A stretch of DNA of 19,161 bases, counting the filler, from an uncultured virus (IMG/VR IMGVR_UViG_2049941000_000847) (taxonomy: Duplodnaviria; Heunggongvirae; Uroviricota; Caudoviricetes). It is 2 parts of one record of this genome, joined end to end, with 100 filler letters (N's around TTAATTAATTAA, not from the genome) between each part and the next. Parts side by side here need not be neighbours in the genome. Positions count along the whole stretch, not along the records: positions 1 to 11,380 come from IMGVR_UViG_2049941000_000847; positions 11,481 to 19,161 come from IMGVR_UViG_2049941000_000847. One strand, 5' to 3'. This document shows positions 8,918-16,689 of the stretch, in pieces. Position 1 is the first letter of the stretch. Each line of letters opens with the position of its first letter. Under the pieces are notes generated by a model. The model did not search any database. It saw only the letters and a program-made list of their open reading frames with translations, and was not told where the DNA came from. The position numbers and the translations under genes are program-made.

Positions 8918-10063
8918 CTACTTCCAAATCTTCCCTCGCCATTCCTTCGGAACAACCGCTGCGTATGACCAATCTTCGACATCCTCGATCATGTTGACCG
9001 CCTCGTCGATCTCGGCTTTGGTGATGGAGTCGATTCGGCGGACCAAAGCGGAGATGTCCATCGGCTTCCGCTTGCTCAGTTCACGCTCACCTAGCACCAT
9101 CATCCGGTTCAAAGCCGATTCGTGGACAAGCCGCATCTGCCCGCAGAGCGAGTCCTTGGCGCGACGAATTTCGTCCTTCCCGAATCTGCATTTCCACATC
9201 TTCCCCATCTCTTCGCTCACGGCCTCGCACGCCAATGCGGCCTTTCCCGGTTCGGCCTTATATCCAATGCAGAACCCGATACCTTCGTCATATGTCTCCG
9301 TCATGGCGCGGATCCCATACACGAGCCCCATCTTCTCTCGCACCGTCTGGAACAACCTGGAAGACATGCCGTCGCCCATGATGTTCCGCACGATCGAGAG
9401 AGCTACCCGAGTACGCTCGTCTTCGGTAAAGATCACCGTCCCTTCCCGCACACATGCCTGGTTAACCGACATGCGCTTCGTCTTGTTCCAAGCACCGGAG
9501 AAAAACTGGTCACCAATTACCTTTCCGACGCCGGTCTTCCTGGAAAGTCCGTCTCTCACAAGCTTCACGAGTTCCGCGTGGTCCACCTTCCCCGAAGCCG
9601 CAACGACCATGGGAACGACCGCTAATACCTTTTCATGGTATTCCTTCAGGTCGTCCACTCCGATCTTCTTGATGGACGAAAGGGTTCCGATCACCGGACG
9701 ACCGAGGTTCGTACCGGCTCCCCACAGAGCCTCCTCGTACATGTCCCCAACGACACGGTCCGGCAGGTCAAGATACATCTTGGCTTCCTCCAAGATGACG
9801 CCCTTTTCCGTCTTGACATCCACAGGGTCGATCTTCGGGGAGTTGATCATCTCGCAGATCGTCTCCACCGCCGTATGCAGTTCGGAAGCCGACGTGTGCG
9901 CGTAGAAGCACGTTTCTCCCTGGGAAGTGTACGCGTTGAATTCCCCACCCTTCTCCTCGATGGACTTGGCGAGTTCCAGAGCACCCCTCTTCTCTGTTCC
10001 CTTGAAGACGATGTGTTCGAAGAAGTGTGCGAGACCGTTGTGTTCCGCACCTTCGTGTCTAGA
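8918..10063 (-). CDS. M16 (pitrilysin/insulinase) family zinc peptidase, N-terminus lost in gap
   Basis: GLAHFFEHIVFKGT (HxxEH), GGEFNAYTS, EKGVILEE, and SSRLFQTVREKMGLVY (R/Y pair). Confidence 0.9.
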   Translation of the reverse strand, partial: SRHEGAEHNGLAHFFEHIVFKGTEKRGALELAKSIEEKGGEFNAYTSQGETCFYAHTSASELHTAVETICEMINSPKIDPVDVKTEKGVILEEAKMYLDLPDRVVGDMYEEALWGAGTNLGRPVIGTLSSIKKIGVDDLKEYHEKVLAVVPMVVAASGKVDHAELVKLVRDGLSRKTGVGKVIGDQFFSGAWNKTKRMSVNQACVREGTVIFTEDERTRVALSIVRNIMGDGMSSRLFQTVREKMGLVYGIRAMTETYDEGIGFCIGYKAEPGKAALACEAVSEEMGKMWKCRFGKDEIRRAKDSLCGQMRLVHESALNRMMVLGERELSKRKPMDISALVRRIDSITKAEIDEAVNMIEDVEDWSYAAVVPKEWRGKIWK

Positions 10064-10073
10064 NNNNNNNNNN

Positions 10074-10822
10074 ATCATGCTGATCTTCCCGTTTCTCTCT
10101 ACGGTTCTGATGTACGTCGTGAACCCACAGCCGAAACAGCTCAATGCGGTGAACATCGACACGGGATACATCTTCACCCCTTCGTCTATTCCATCCGTAG
10201 TGAAGTCGTTGAAGATGACGGTCGTTTCAGGATTGATGGTACGAGTGGACTGCTCGTTCCGGATGCCTTTCATGTAAATCATGACGGACCCACCGCTCAC
10301 ACGAAGACCGCACACATCGGCACCGCCCATCAGCTTCGAGTCGGTGAGAATCGCCTTGATAGTATCGTCGTCGCAGCAGAACTTGCCGACAAGAGTGGTC
10401 TTGTCCACTTCCGGTCTCGCGGGAACCATTCTGAACTTGCCTTCGGTGAACTCGTCGGGAGAACCGACCGGCATGCGGTACTTGACACCCTTGCCGGTGA
10501 ACTTGAAGAACACCGTCTCGATGGACGACCTAGACGTTTCCTTGGCGATGTCCACCTCGTACACGTCCTGCTTGCCGCATGCACGGATATAGGAGATGAA
10601 CTCGTTGATGTTGGTGATGTAGATCTCGTCGTCGTCGAACGACAGGTCGCTTTCCGGTAGCTCCACGTGCACGGTGGTTCCGCTGTTGACGGAGCTGATC
10701 ATCGACTTGCCGTTTTTCTTGAAGAACATTACCTCGTCGCACCCGGACGCCTTGACAAGCGACGACAGGATCTTCATGAAATCGACCGACATTCTGAGCT
10801 TTGAAATCTTGTTCTCTTCCAT
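10074..10822 (-). CDS. Phage DNA polymerase sliding clamp, T4 gp45-like; C-terminus lost in gap
   Basis: ISSVNSGTTVHVELPESDLSFDDDEIYITNINEFISYI parallels gp45 IMTRAVNGTTYAEANISDVIDFDVAIYDLNGFLGIL. Start placed at 10822 because only this ATG is shared with the variant copy at ~10999. Confidence 0.65.
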
Positions 10823-10831
10823 GGTATCCAT

Positions 10832-10860
10832 AATATAGTATTTTTCGGGCGAGATATGAA
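10832..10860 (-). promoter_or_regulatory. Putative sigma70-like promoter TTCATA-N17-TATATT for the clamp gene
   Basis: The -35 is at 10855-10860 and the -10 at 10832-10837. The variant copy keeps TTCATT-N18-TATATT and the 9-nt spacing to ATG. Confidence 0.45.
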
Positions 10861-10890
10861 AAAGATCCGGGAACCTTTCGGTCCCGGATC
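10859..10890 (-). terminator. Rho-independent terminator after tmRNA 3' end (copy A)
   Basis: Minus strand reads GATCCGGGACC-GAAA-GGTTCCCGGATC followed by TTTTT. Confidence 0.75.
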
Positions 10891-10898
10891 ATGTAGTC

Positions 10899-10980
10899 TG
10901 GAGGTGAGGGGATTCGAACCCCTGTCCAAAAACGCATCCCCGGTCGCTCCTACAAGCTTTCCCCCTGTTTTGGTTCTCGC
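10899..10980 (-). repeat. Duplicate of tmRNA 3' 82 nt (variant allele)
   Basis: Identical to 11074-11155 except at one position (10930 A vs 11105 G). Ends at a 10-N gap. Confidence 0.85.
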
Positions 10981-11036
10981 NNNNNNNNNNTTCTTCCATG
11001 GTACTTGTAATATAGTATTTTTCGGACGGCATAATG

Positions 11037-11068
11037 AAAAAATCCGGGCCCTTTTCGGTACCCGGATT
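11037..11068 (-). terminator. Rho-independent terminator after tmRNA 3' end (copy B)
   Basis: Minus strand reads AATCCGGG-TACCGAAAAGGG-CCCGGATT followed by a T run. Confidence 0.75.
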
Positions 11069-11073
11069 ATATC

Positions 11074-11380
11074 TGGAGGTGAGGGGATTCGAACCCCTGT
11101 CCAAGAACGCATCCCCGGTCGCTCCTACAAGCTTTCCCCCTGTTTTGGTTCTCGCACGCACCCGCTCCCATAGGGGTTGGATCGGACACATGCCAGCCTT
11201 TGAAATCTCGATGTCGTGTCCAAGGCGTCCATGACATCCAGCCCCACTAGATGGCTGTCGTTTTCACCTGTGAGGCGGTGGTTCGACGACAGGGTTGCCG
11301 TTAATTAGGCAGCCATTGCGTAAGTGTCAGTGGCACTTATCTTTTTTCCGGTTTTTAAAGAGGCCACCGGAGACCTCTGC
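11074..11380 (-). ncRNA. ssrA: tmRNA, 5' end missing at contig edge; tag peptide ATDTYAMAA (11334-11305)
   Basis: PK1 (GAGGTC/GGCCTC, TCCGGT/ACCGGA). ATAAGT-GCC resume context and tag ORF GCC ACT GAC ACT TAC GCA ATG GCT GCC TAA. H5 hairpin GGCTGCC/GGCAACC and AAGCTTGTAG. T-arm GGACAGGGGTTCGAATCCCC and acceptor 3' strand CACCTCC-A (U70 alanine identity). CCA is not encoded. Confidence 0.95.
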
Positions 11381-11480
11381 NNNNNNNNNNNNNNNNNNNN
11401 NNNNNNNNNNNNNNNNNNNNNNNNTTAATTAATTAANNNNNNNNNNNNNNNNNNNNNNNNNNNNNNNNNNNNNNNNNNNN
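11381..11480. other. Artificial contig-concatenation spacer
   Basis: N44 + TTAATTAATTAA (stops in all six frames, 11425-11436) + N44 = exactly 100 nt. Confidence 0.92.
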
Positions 11481-11771
11481 AGTGAAATTAACTTCGGCGA
11501 ATCGAACAAAAGGTTTGTCGTAAAGAAATTTCGAAATTTCTACAGTGGTGGGAAGAATGACGAGACGATCACTGAAAACGAAGACGCATCCGCATCTATG
11601 TTTATCGGAGAGAAATTCACTACGGTGTACAGACCGATCGAGAATGTGTTCATGGTGACTCTTAATCCTTCGTTCAAAAAGTCTTGTGGAAATATGACGA
11701 AAGACGAGTGCATGTTGGCTGCTCTTTTACTTGGCTTCGGACTTGTGGCAGTTGCAGCCTCCGGAAGGTGA
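11481..11771 (+). CDS. Hypothetical protein, C-terminal fragment with hydrophobic tail (not in ORF track)
   Basis: Open frame from the contig edge: SEINFGESNKRFVV...ECMLAALLLGFGLVAVAASGR*. Confidence 0.5.
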   Translation, partial: SEINFGESNKRFVVKKFRNFYSGGKNDETITENEDASASMFIGEKFTTVYRPIENVFMVTLNPSFKKSCGNMTKDECMLAALLLGFGLVAVAASGR

Positions 11772-11789
11772 GTCGCGGNNNNNNNNNNA

Positions 11790-12260
11790 TGGCATGTCCC
11801 GACTCCCGAAGAATGGTATCGGATTCAGAAGAATGTCCTTGTCTCCTGCTACAAGCGGAACGACAACGACGAGTACCACGACTTCGATTCCGGGGCGTCT
11901 CTCGCCGAGAACAAGTTCACCGCTCTCTTCGACAAGGAAGCGTGGAAAGACGCTGTGATCGACAAGTCGCCCGACGAAATTCCGGTGTTCGAAGACGCCA
12001 TCGGGTTCGGCATCAAGCCGACTCACCTCAACAAGCGGTTCCCGGGATTCAACTTCGCCCTGTATTGGACGGATCTCGGGAGGTCCACGGCCGCCAAGGC
12101 GGTGCACAACAAGTTCAAGGACGAAGAGACCGGGACGGAACCCAGGTTCATCTTCAACCGGTTGGACGTTTCCCCTACGTCCAAAGCCGCGGACACGTTC
12201 GTGCTGCCCGGCAAGACCGGTCCCATCGGTCTTGGGTGCATCCGTCTCGTGAAAGATTAA
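11790..12260 (+). CDS. Fib_succ_major (FISUMP)-like domain protein, C-terminal fragment
   Basis: The frame extends upstream of track ORF 11955 to the gap: WHVPTPEEW...DAIGFGIKP...ALYWT...CIRLVKD*. Confidence 0.75.
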   Translation, partial: WHVPTPEEWYRIQKNVLVSCYKRNDNDEYHDFDSGASLAENKFTALFDKEAWKDAVIDKSPDEIPVFEDAIGFGIKPTHLNKRFPGFNFALYWTDLGRSTAAKAVHNKFKDEETGTEPRFIFNRLDVSPTSKAADTFVLPGKTGPIGLGCIRLVKD

Positions 12261-12290
12261 CAACAAAAAAACAACAAAAGGAGGCAAAGC

Positions 12291-13121
12291 ATGTTTGAAA
12301 ACGAACAGGAACCCGAACTCCCCACCGACGGCTCCGGCATCTTCGCCCGAGATCCCGGCAAGTCCGATATCATCCAGGCCCTCGCCGAGAAATGGGGCTG
12401 CAGCGTCGATGAAGCCTGCGAACGCATCGGAATGAAGCGTCCCGATCCCACCGATTCCATCGACGCGGCCGACAGGTATGGCGTCGATGTCGTCGGGTGC
12501 GACGAGGATTTCGAGGACGAGGATTTCGAGGACGATGAGGTCAGCGAGGAGGAGGCCCGCGCCAACGTGGAAAGGATCATCGCCGACGTCGAAGAAAACT
12601 TCAGAGACGTGGCCATTGATCCCGTCGCTGGAGCCGGAAACCTCCCTCCATCGTTCGATCACAATCCCATCATCGGCGAGTGGAATGGCATCCCCGAGGC
12701 GGATGACGTTGGTGACGAAGACGATCAAGACATCTATGATGAGGACGATGATGACCTGGTCGGTGGTGATGGCCTTTCCGGACATGGTCATCGGTTCGAG
12801 GTCGTGGACGAACATCTTGACCTCCTTGGAGCAAGCAAGTTCGGAAAGGACAATACCGAAGCGACCATTGTCTTCATGGTGGATGACTATGAAGAGGAGG
12901 ACGAGGCGTACTTCGATATCGTCGTCAAGCTCAGCAACATCACCTGGAACGGTCGGAGGATCAACACCTATACGATCGACAGCGTGGACCTGCCCGATCT
13001 CGACGACTACGACGAGTCAATGATCCCCGACAGTGCCGCGGACATCGACCGGCTCAAGGAAGATGCGAAGCGGTTGCTGCCCAGGCTGAAAATCGACAAC
13101 AACGGCGAGCTGGAAATCTAA
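12291..13121 (+). CDS. Highly acidic hypothetical protein
   Basis: AAGGAGG SD, D/E-rich tracts and phage-like codon usage. Confidence 0.8.
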   Translation: MFENEQEPELPTDGSGIFARDPGKSDIIQALAEKWGCSVDEACERIGMKRPDPTDSIDAADRYGVDVVGCDEDFEDEDFEDDEVSEEEARANVERIIADVEENFRDVAIDPVAGAGNLPPSFDHNPIIGEWNGIPEADDVGDEDDQDIYDEDDDDLVGGDGLSGHGHRFEVVDEHLDLLGASKFGKDNTEATIVFMVDDYEEEDEAYFDIVVKLSNITWNGRRINTYTIDSVDLPDLDDYDESMIPDSAADIDRLKEDAKRLLPRLKIDNNGELEI

Positions 13122-13130
13122 CCAGCCGCT

Positions 13131-13161
13131 CGGCACCGGTGAAAGGGGTTGACCGGTGCCG
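13131..13161. promoter_or_regulatory. GC-rich intergenic hairpin without U-tract
   Basis: Perfect 10-bp stem CGGCACCGGT / ACCGGTGCCG. Confidence 0.55.
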
Positions 13162-13187
13162 TAAACAACCCCATAAAGGAGAACACA

Positions 13188-13295
13188 ATGGCAAAGAAAG
13201 GCAACAGCGGGAAGAAGATCCGGATCTGGTGCAGAGAAAGTGGAGCGCGCTATGAAATGAAGAAGACCAAGAAGTCCAAGCAGTCCAAGAAGTGA
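13188..13295 (+). CDS. 35-aa basic mini-protein, weak resemblance to the N-terminal half of ribosomal protein bL33 (not in ORF track)
   Basis: AAGGAG SD. Translates MAKKGNSGKKIRIWCRESGARYEMKKTKKSKQSKK*. Confidence 0.55.
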   Translation: MAKKGNSGKKIRIWCRESGARYEMKKTKKSKQSKK

Positions 13296-13366
13296 AGTAG
13301 CAACGGTCGCCGAAAGGCGAAACAAACCAACACCAAACGGGTCCTCAAGGACCCAAGGAGTTCAAA

Positions 13367-13789
13367 ATGGAAGGCGGAAACATCGTGTACACGTCCTGCT
13401 TCGGAACGGTTTACACCGGAGAAATGATGACTCGCGTCGAGATCGATGAACCCAGCGTCGGCGCTGCCGAAAACGGAAACGAGGGACGCGTCTTCGTCCT
13501 CGGAGAGGATTGGATGAAAGTCTCCATCCTCACCGATGAGGTGGTCAGCCACGTGCTCGCGGGTCGTCGGTACAGCCCGATCGACATCATCACCGTTTGG
13601 GGGCACGTCAACCACAATCGGAAGTGTCTGGACAAGTTCGTCGCCTCCATCGGAAATTCGATCGTCCTCGGGAAGAAGTGCAATCTCGTCACTCTTCTCG
13701 ATCCGGTCGACATCGACAGCGACAGGGCGATAAGCATCCTCAAGAGGATCTTCATCACCGAACACAACACCATCGTAACCGGCGAATAG
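13367..13789 (+). CDS. Hypothetical protein
   Basis: AAGGAG SD; fits the tandem gene array. Confidence 0.75.
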   Translation: MEGGNIVYTSCFGTVYTGEMMTRVEIDEPSVGAAENGNEGRVFVLGEDWMKVSILTDEVVSHVLAGRRYSPIDIITVWGHVNHNRKCLDKFVASIGNSIVLGKKCNLVTLLDPVDIDSDRAISILKRIFITEHNTIVTGE

Positions 13790-13807
13790 CCAAAGGAGGA
13801 AAGAAAA

Positions 13808-14200
13808 ATGGATTTCAGCAAGATTCGGTTCACTCTCGGTCTGTATCTCGGAGATGACGCAGTTGTCGAGAAGTGCATGTCGGATGACAAACTTTTCGAC
13901 GCGTTCAATGAAGTGCGAGGGATCGGTTATCCCCACCTCTACAGCGAGGAGGACGACAAGCCGTATCTCGACATCAAAGAAGTCGAGAAGATCGCCAAGG
14001 AGCTGAACAAGTGCTGCAAACCTGGCAGCGGACTCGAAATCAAGTACGAGCACCACAATAATCGTATCGATGCTTATGTCTGTTTAGTTGGCGAACCCTG
14101 CATGTGGAGACTCCGGTTCACCGCCAAAGCCGATCAGCTTCCCACTGAACAGGAAATGTGCGAGATCGAAACCGGAATGAAAGAAAACACCCTGGCCTGA
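13808..14200 (+). CDS. Hypothetical protein
   Basis: AAGGAGG SD; fits the tandem gene array. Confidence 0.75.
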   Translation: MDFSKIRFTLGLYLGDDAVVEKCMSDDKLFDAFNEVRGIGYPHLYSEEDDKPYLDIKEVEKIAKELNKCCKPGSGLEIKYEHHNNRIDAYVCLVGEPCMWRLRFTAKADQLPTEQEMCEIETGMKENTLA

Positions 14201-14213
14201 AGGAGGACATTGA

Positions 14214-14384
14214 ATGTACGAAGTCGGCGACAAGATCGAGATCATCTCGATGGAAGGCGAGGTCGGATACGACGGACGCGTCGGTGTTATCACACACATC
14301 GACGACTGGGGTCAGCTCCATGGAACGTGGGGCGGACTCGCCGTCCAGCCCGAACGGGACCGGATCAAGAAGGTGGTCGAATGA
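14214..14384 (+). CDS. DUF4314-like small protein (56 aa; not in ORF track)
   Basis: AAGGAGG SD. Translates MYEVGDKIEIISMEGE..GRVGVITHIDDWGQLHGTWGGLAVQPERDRI. Confidence 0.75.
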   Translation: MYEVGDKIEIISMEGEVGYDGRVGVITHIDDWGQLHGTWGGLAVQPERDRIKKVVE

Positions 14385-14473
14385 TCGACACTGTCGCGAA
14401 AACTCCCTGGATGGGGGACGGAATCCCGTCCCCCTCCGAAAACTGAATGAAACCCATCAACCTGGAGGATCTA

Positions 14474-14665
14474 ATGATCGGAACGGCGAGCGGAACCGAA
14501 AACACCATGGAAGACATCCCATGGAACGTTCGAGAGGGGAGATCCTTCTACATCCGCAAGAAAGGAAAGGTCTACCAGATCTTCAAACGCGGCTGCGGGC
14601 AGGTTTTCGGGAGCATTTCCCGCGAGACCGCCGAGAAACGAATGGAAGAGCTGGACAAGGAATAG
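14474..14665 (+). CDS. Hypothetical protein (63 aa)
   Basis: A GGAGG SD directly before ATG 14474 makes it the preferred start over 14447. Confidence 0.6.
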   Translation: MIGTASGTENTMEDIPWNVREGRSFYIRKKGKVYQIFKRGCGQVFGSISRETAEKRMEELDKE

Positions 14666-14685
14666 AAACAACAGGAGGTCAACTC

Positions 14686-15024
14686 ATGATTGGCAGTGAT
14701 GTGAAATCCACGATAGCCTGGATAAAGGATTACGTGAATGGAAAGATTTCCAAGCTCGAGTATCCGAAAGAATATCTGGTCGCGGTGAAAAATATTCGCG
14801 ATCCGAGCAGCGATCTGACCGAACAGTATGAATTTCACATCGAAATCATCACGAAGACTCCCGGTGGGAGCGAACACAGTGCTGCTCTTCATGTAATTGG
14901 TCTGGGTTTGATCTGGATCAGGGCAAACAGAAGGAGACACTGTTTTTCTCCTGAAAAGAAAACCAATATCCGCCGATACATCAACAGGTTCTTTTCGGAA
15001 GTCGAAGGAATCTGGAACCCCTAA
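14686..15024 (+). CDS. Hypothetical protein (112 aa)
   Basis: AGGAGG SD before ATG 14686. The longer track ORF from 14158 overlaps other real genes. Confidence 0.7.
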   Translation: MIGSDVKSTIAWIKDYVNGKISKLEYPKEYLVAVKNIRDPSSDLTEQYEFHIEIITKTPGGSEHSAALHVIGLGLIWIRANRRRHCFSPEKKTNIRRYINRFFSEVEGIWNP

Positions 15025-15041
15025 CAAAAGGAGAAACCAAA

Positions 15042-15296
15042 ATGCGAATCACTGAAAAGCTTTACGTCGTCTACGATCCCGAAACCGCTCTTTATCTGAA
15101 GAGCGATGGGCCCGTCCTCTTCACCAACAAGCTTTCGAATGCGGGGCTTTTCGAGAAGAGGGAAGACGCCGAGGCCGCTTCCGACAATACCGGGCTCAAA
15201 GTTCTTGCTCTTTCCGTCGGTCATGAAGACATTTCCGGCGGGGTGGAGGAAGAGGTTCCGGGTTATGAACAGATGGAACTCTTCGAGGGTTCCTGA
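15042..15296 (+). CDS. Hypothetical protein
   Basis: AAGGAG SD; 84 aa. Confidence 0.7.
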   Translation: MRITEKLYVVYDPETALYLKSDGPVLFTNKLSNAGLFEKREDAEAASDNTGLKVLALSVGHEDISGGVEEEVPGYEQMELFEGS

Positions 15297-15406
15297 TGAT
15301 CACCTGCGCGCTCGTCTGGGTATCCGTCTCGAACATCTCGATGATCGGATACTGTCTGTATGAAGGACTGAAACGGCCGGTCACAAAACGTGACCGGTCA
15401 ATCTAG
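15296..15406 (+). CDS. Possible 36-aa hydrophobic mini-protein
   Basis: TGATG stop/start overlap. Translates MITCALVWVSVSNISMIGYCLYEGLKRPVTKRDRSI*. Confidence 0.3.
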   Translation: MITCALVWVSVSNISMIGYCLYEGLKRPVTKRDRSI

Positions 15407-15431
15407 CAAACCATCAGAAAGGAGATTTCAA

Positions 15432-16568
15432 ATGGGACTGAATTGGCGTGATCTCAACGACTTCAGGGAATTTCGCTGGAAGAGCAGCTTCACCCAGAAC
15501 GCCATTCCCGATCTCGAGAAGGCGATCAGCGAAGACAACTACGGTGCCTTCCGCATCAACGCTGCTCTCGCCGGCATCACGTGGCATCGCATCTGCGATC
15601 CCCACTCGATCTACTACCTCTACACGATCAAAATCGCCGGGAAGATCCTGCGGGCGCTTCTCGAGATCGGAAAGGAAGACCGCACCGCGTTCAACGCCCC
15701 GGAGCTTCTCTACAACGTGTTCCTCAAGCCGAACATGGCTTTCGAGGACATCATCCGCGGTTTCGCCAAGTATCCGGTTCTCGAATACGAAAAGCGAGTC
15801 GAACTTATCAGGGACGCGATGGACGTCACTGGCTTTGTCTCGAGGGTGTACTGCAACAAGACCGACAAGAAGCTCAGCGGCGCGTCCATTGACAAGATGC
15901 ATGATCTTTTCGAGGAGCTTTTCCCCGGGGAAAATCTTTTCCCCGCACGCTTCGGCACGTGGACCGATGAACGGGACGGCGAAGTCTATGGAACCGTTCG
16001 AATCGAAAACGCCGAATGGATTCGCATGCCTCTCAAGTACGGCATGGGTCCCGACGGTCTCATCTCCCTGGACGAGTTCCTTGCAAAGGAGAACGAGATC
16101 ATCCCGCATGGATGGCGTCTTCCCGGCGGTTACGACCTCAGCAGGGTCTACGAACACACGTACATTCCCGATGACATCCCGGCCGAGGATCGCAGGCTCT
16201 TCGACGGAACGGACCATAAAACCGTCGCGTCTCTCCTGTCCAAGGACTCCCCGTGGCCGCTGATCAAGGAAGAGATGAATCCCATCCCCAACGGGTATCC
16301 CGTCCGCGGTTCCGACAAGTGGAACGAACAGATCGGTCAGTCCGGTCTGGACTTCAGGCCCACTTACGGCACCGGCGACAGTCGGGAGTCCACCGTGATG
16401 ACTCTCATCTCGAAGGACGGCTACGGCCACACCGCACGGCAGTACTTCTCCCTCGAGCGCAACTTGCAATTTCTTTTCGACGAACCGGTGTGCGCAGATG
16501 ATCCCAACCGGTACGACGCCAAGGTCTACGAACGGTGCTGTGTCCTGCTCTGCAGGGACGTCAAGTAA
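15432..16568 (+). CDS. Helical N-terminal domain + divergent Fib_succ_major (FISUMP)-like domain
   Basis: AAGGAG SD. FGTWTDERDGEVYGTVRIENAEW, IIPHGWRLPG, SGLDFRP, and terminal CVLLCRD. Confidence 0.75.
   Translation: MGLNWRDLNDFREFRWKSSFTQNAIPDLEKAISEDNYGAFRINAALAGITWHRICDPHSIYYLYTIKIAGKILRALLEIGKEDRTAFNAPELLYNVFLKPNMAFEDIIRGFAKYPVLEYEKRVELIRDAMDVTGFVSRVYCNKTDKKLSGASIDKMHDLFEELFPGENLFPARFGTWTDERDGEVYGTVRIENAEWIRMPLKYGMGPDGLISLDEFLAKENEIIPHGWRLPGGYDLSRVYEHTYIPDDIPAEDRRLFDGTDHKTVASLLSKDSPWPLIKEEMNPIPNGYPVRGSDKWNEQIGQSGLDFRPTYGTGDSRESTVMTLISKDGYGHTARQYFSLERNLQFLFDEPVCADDPNRYDAKVYERCCVLLCRDVK
15510..15619 (+). repeat. 110-nt direct repeat with 18374-18483 (paralogous gene 5' regions)
   Basis: Gapless alignment. 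The last 50 nt (15570-15619 vs 18434-18483) are identical. Confidence 0.9.
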
Positions 16569-16590
16569 ACCAAAACCAAAAGGAGGCGAC

Positions 16591-16674
16591 ATGGCAAAGA
16601 AACAGACCCTGATTCTTCCTTTCAACCACCTGTTCAATGAATTGTTCAGGGATCGAATCAAGACTCACAAGTAA
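16591..16674 (+). CDS. 27-aa mini-protein (not in ORF track)
   Basis: AAGGAGG SD. Translates MAKKQTLILPFNHLFNELFRDRIKTHK* and fills the intergenic space. Confidence 0.6.
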   Translation: MAKKQTLILPFNHLFNELFRDRIKTHK

Positions 16675-16689
16675 AACAAAGGAGGCAGC

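Noticed and set aside
8918..10831. 637-aa sliding clamp-M16 peptidase fusion in the ORF track
   Set aside because: The join is exactly at a 10-N placeholder, and the clamp C-terminus and M16 N-terminus both look missing. The 3156-3165 gap hides ~15 residues present in the paralog, so these gaps understate real length.
11074..11110. tRNA-Ala gene
   Set aside because: Only the T-arm and acceptor 3' strand are present, with no anticodon or D arm. It is the tRNA-like domain of tmRNA.
10899..11155. attL/attR pair of an element integrated in ssrA
   Set aside because: Homology extends past the tmRNA end through the terminator, promoter and clamp start codon. No integrase or cargo is visible, so strain variants explain it better.
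11425..11436. TTAATTAATTAA palindrome as a regulatory site
   Set aside because: It is centred in a symmetric N spacer and is an artificial linker.
14381..14665. TGA readthrough joining 14381-14446 to the in-frame downstream ORF
   Set aside because: The upstream part coincides with an intergenic hairpin, and the downstream gene has its own GGAGG SD at ATG 14474.
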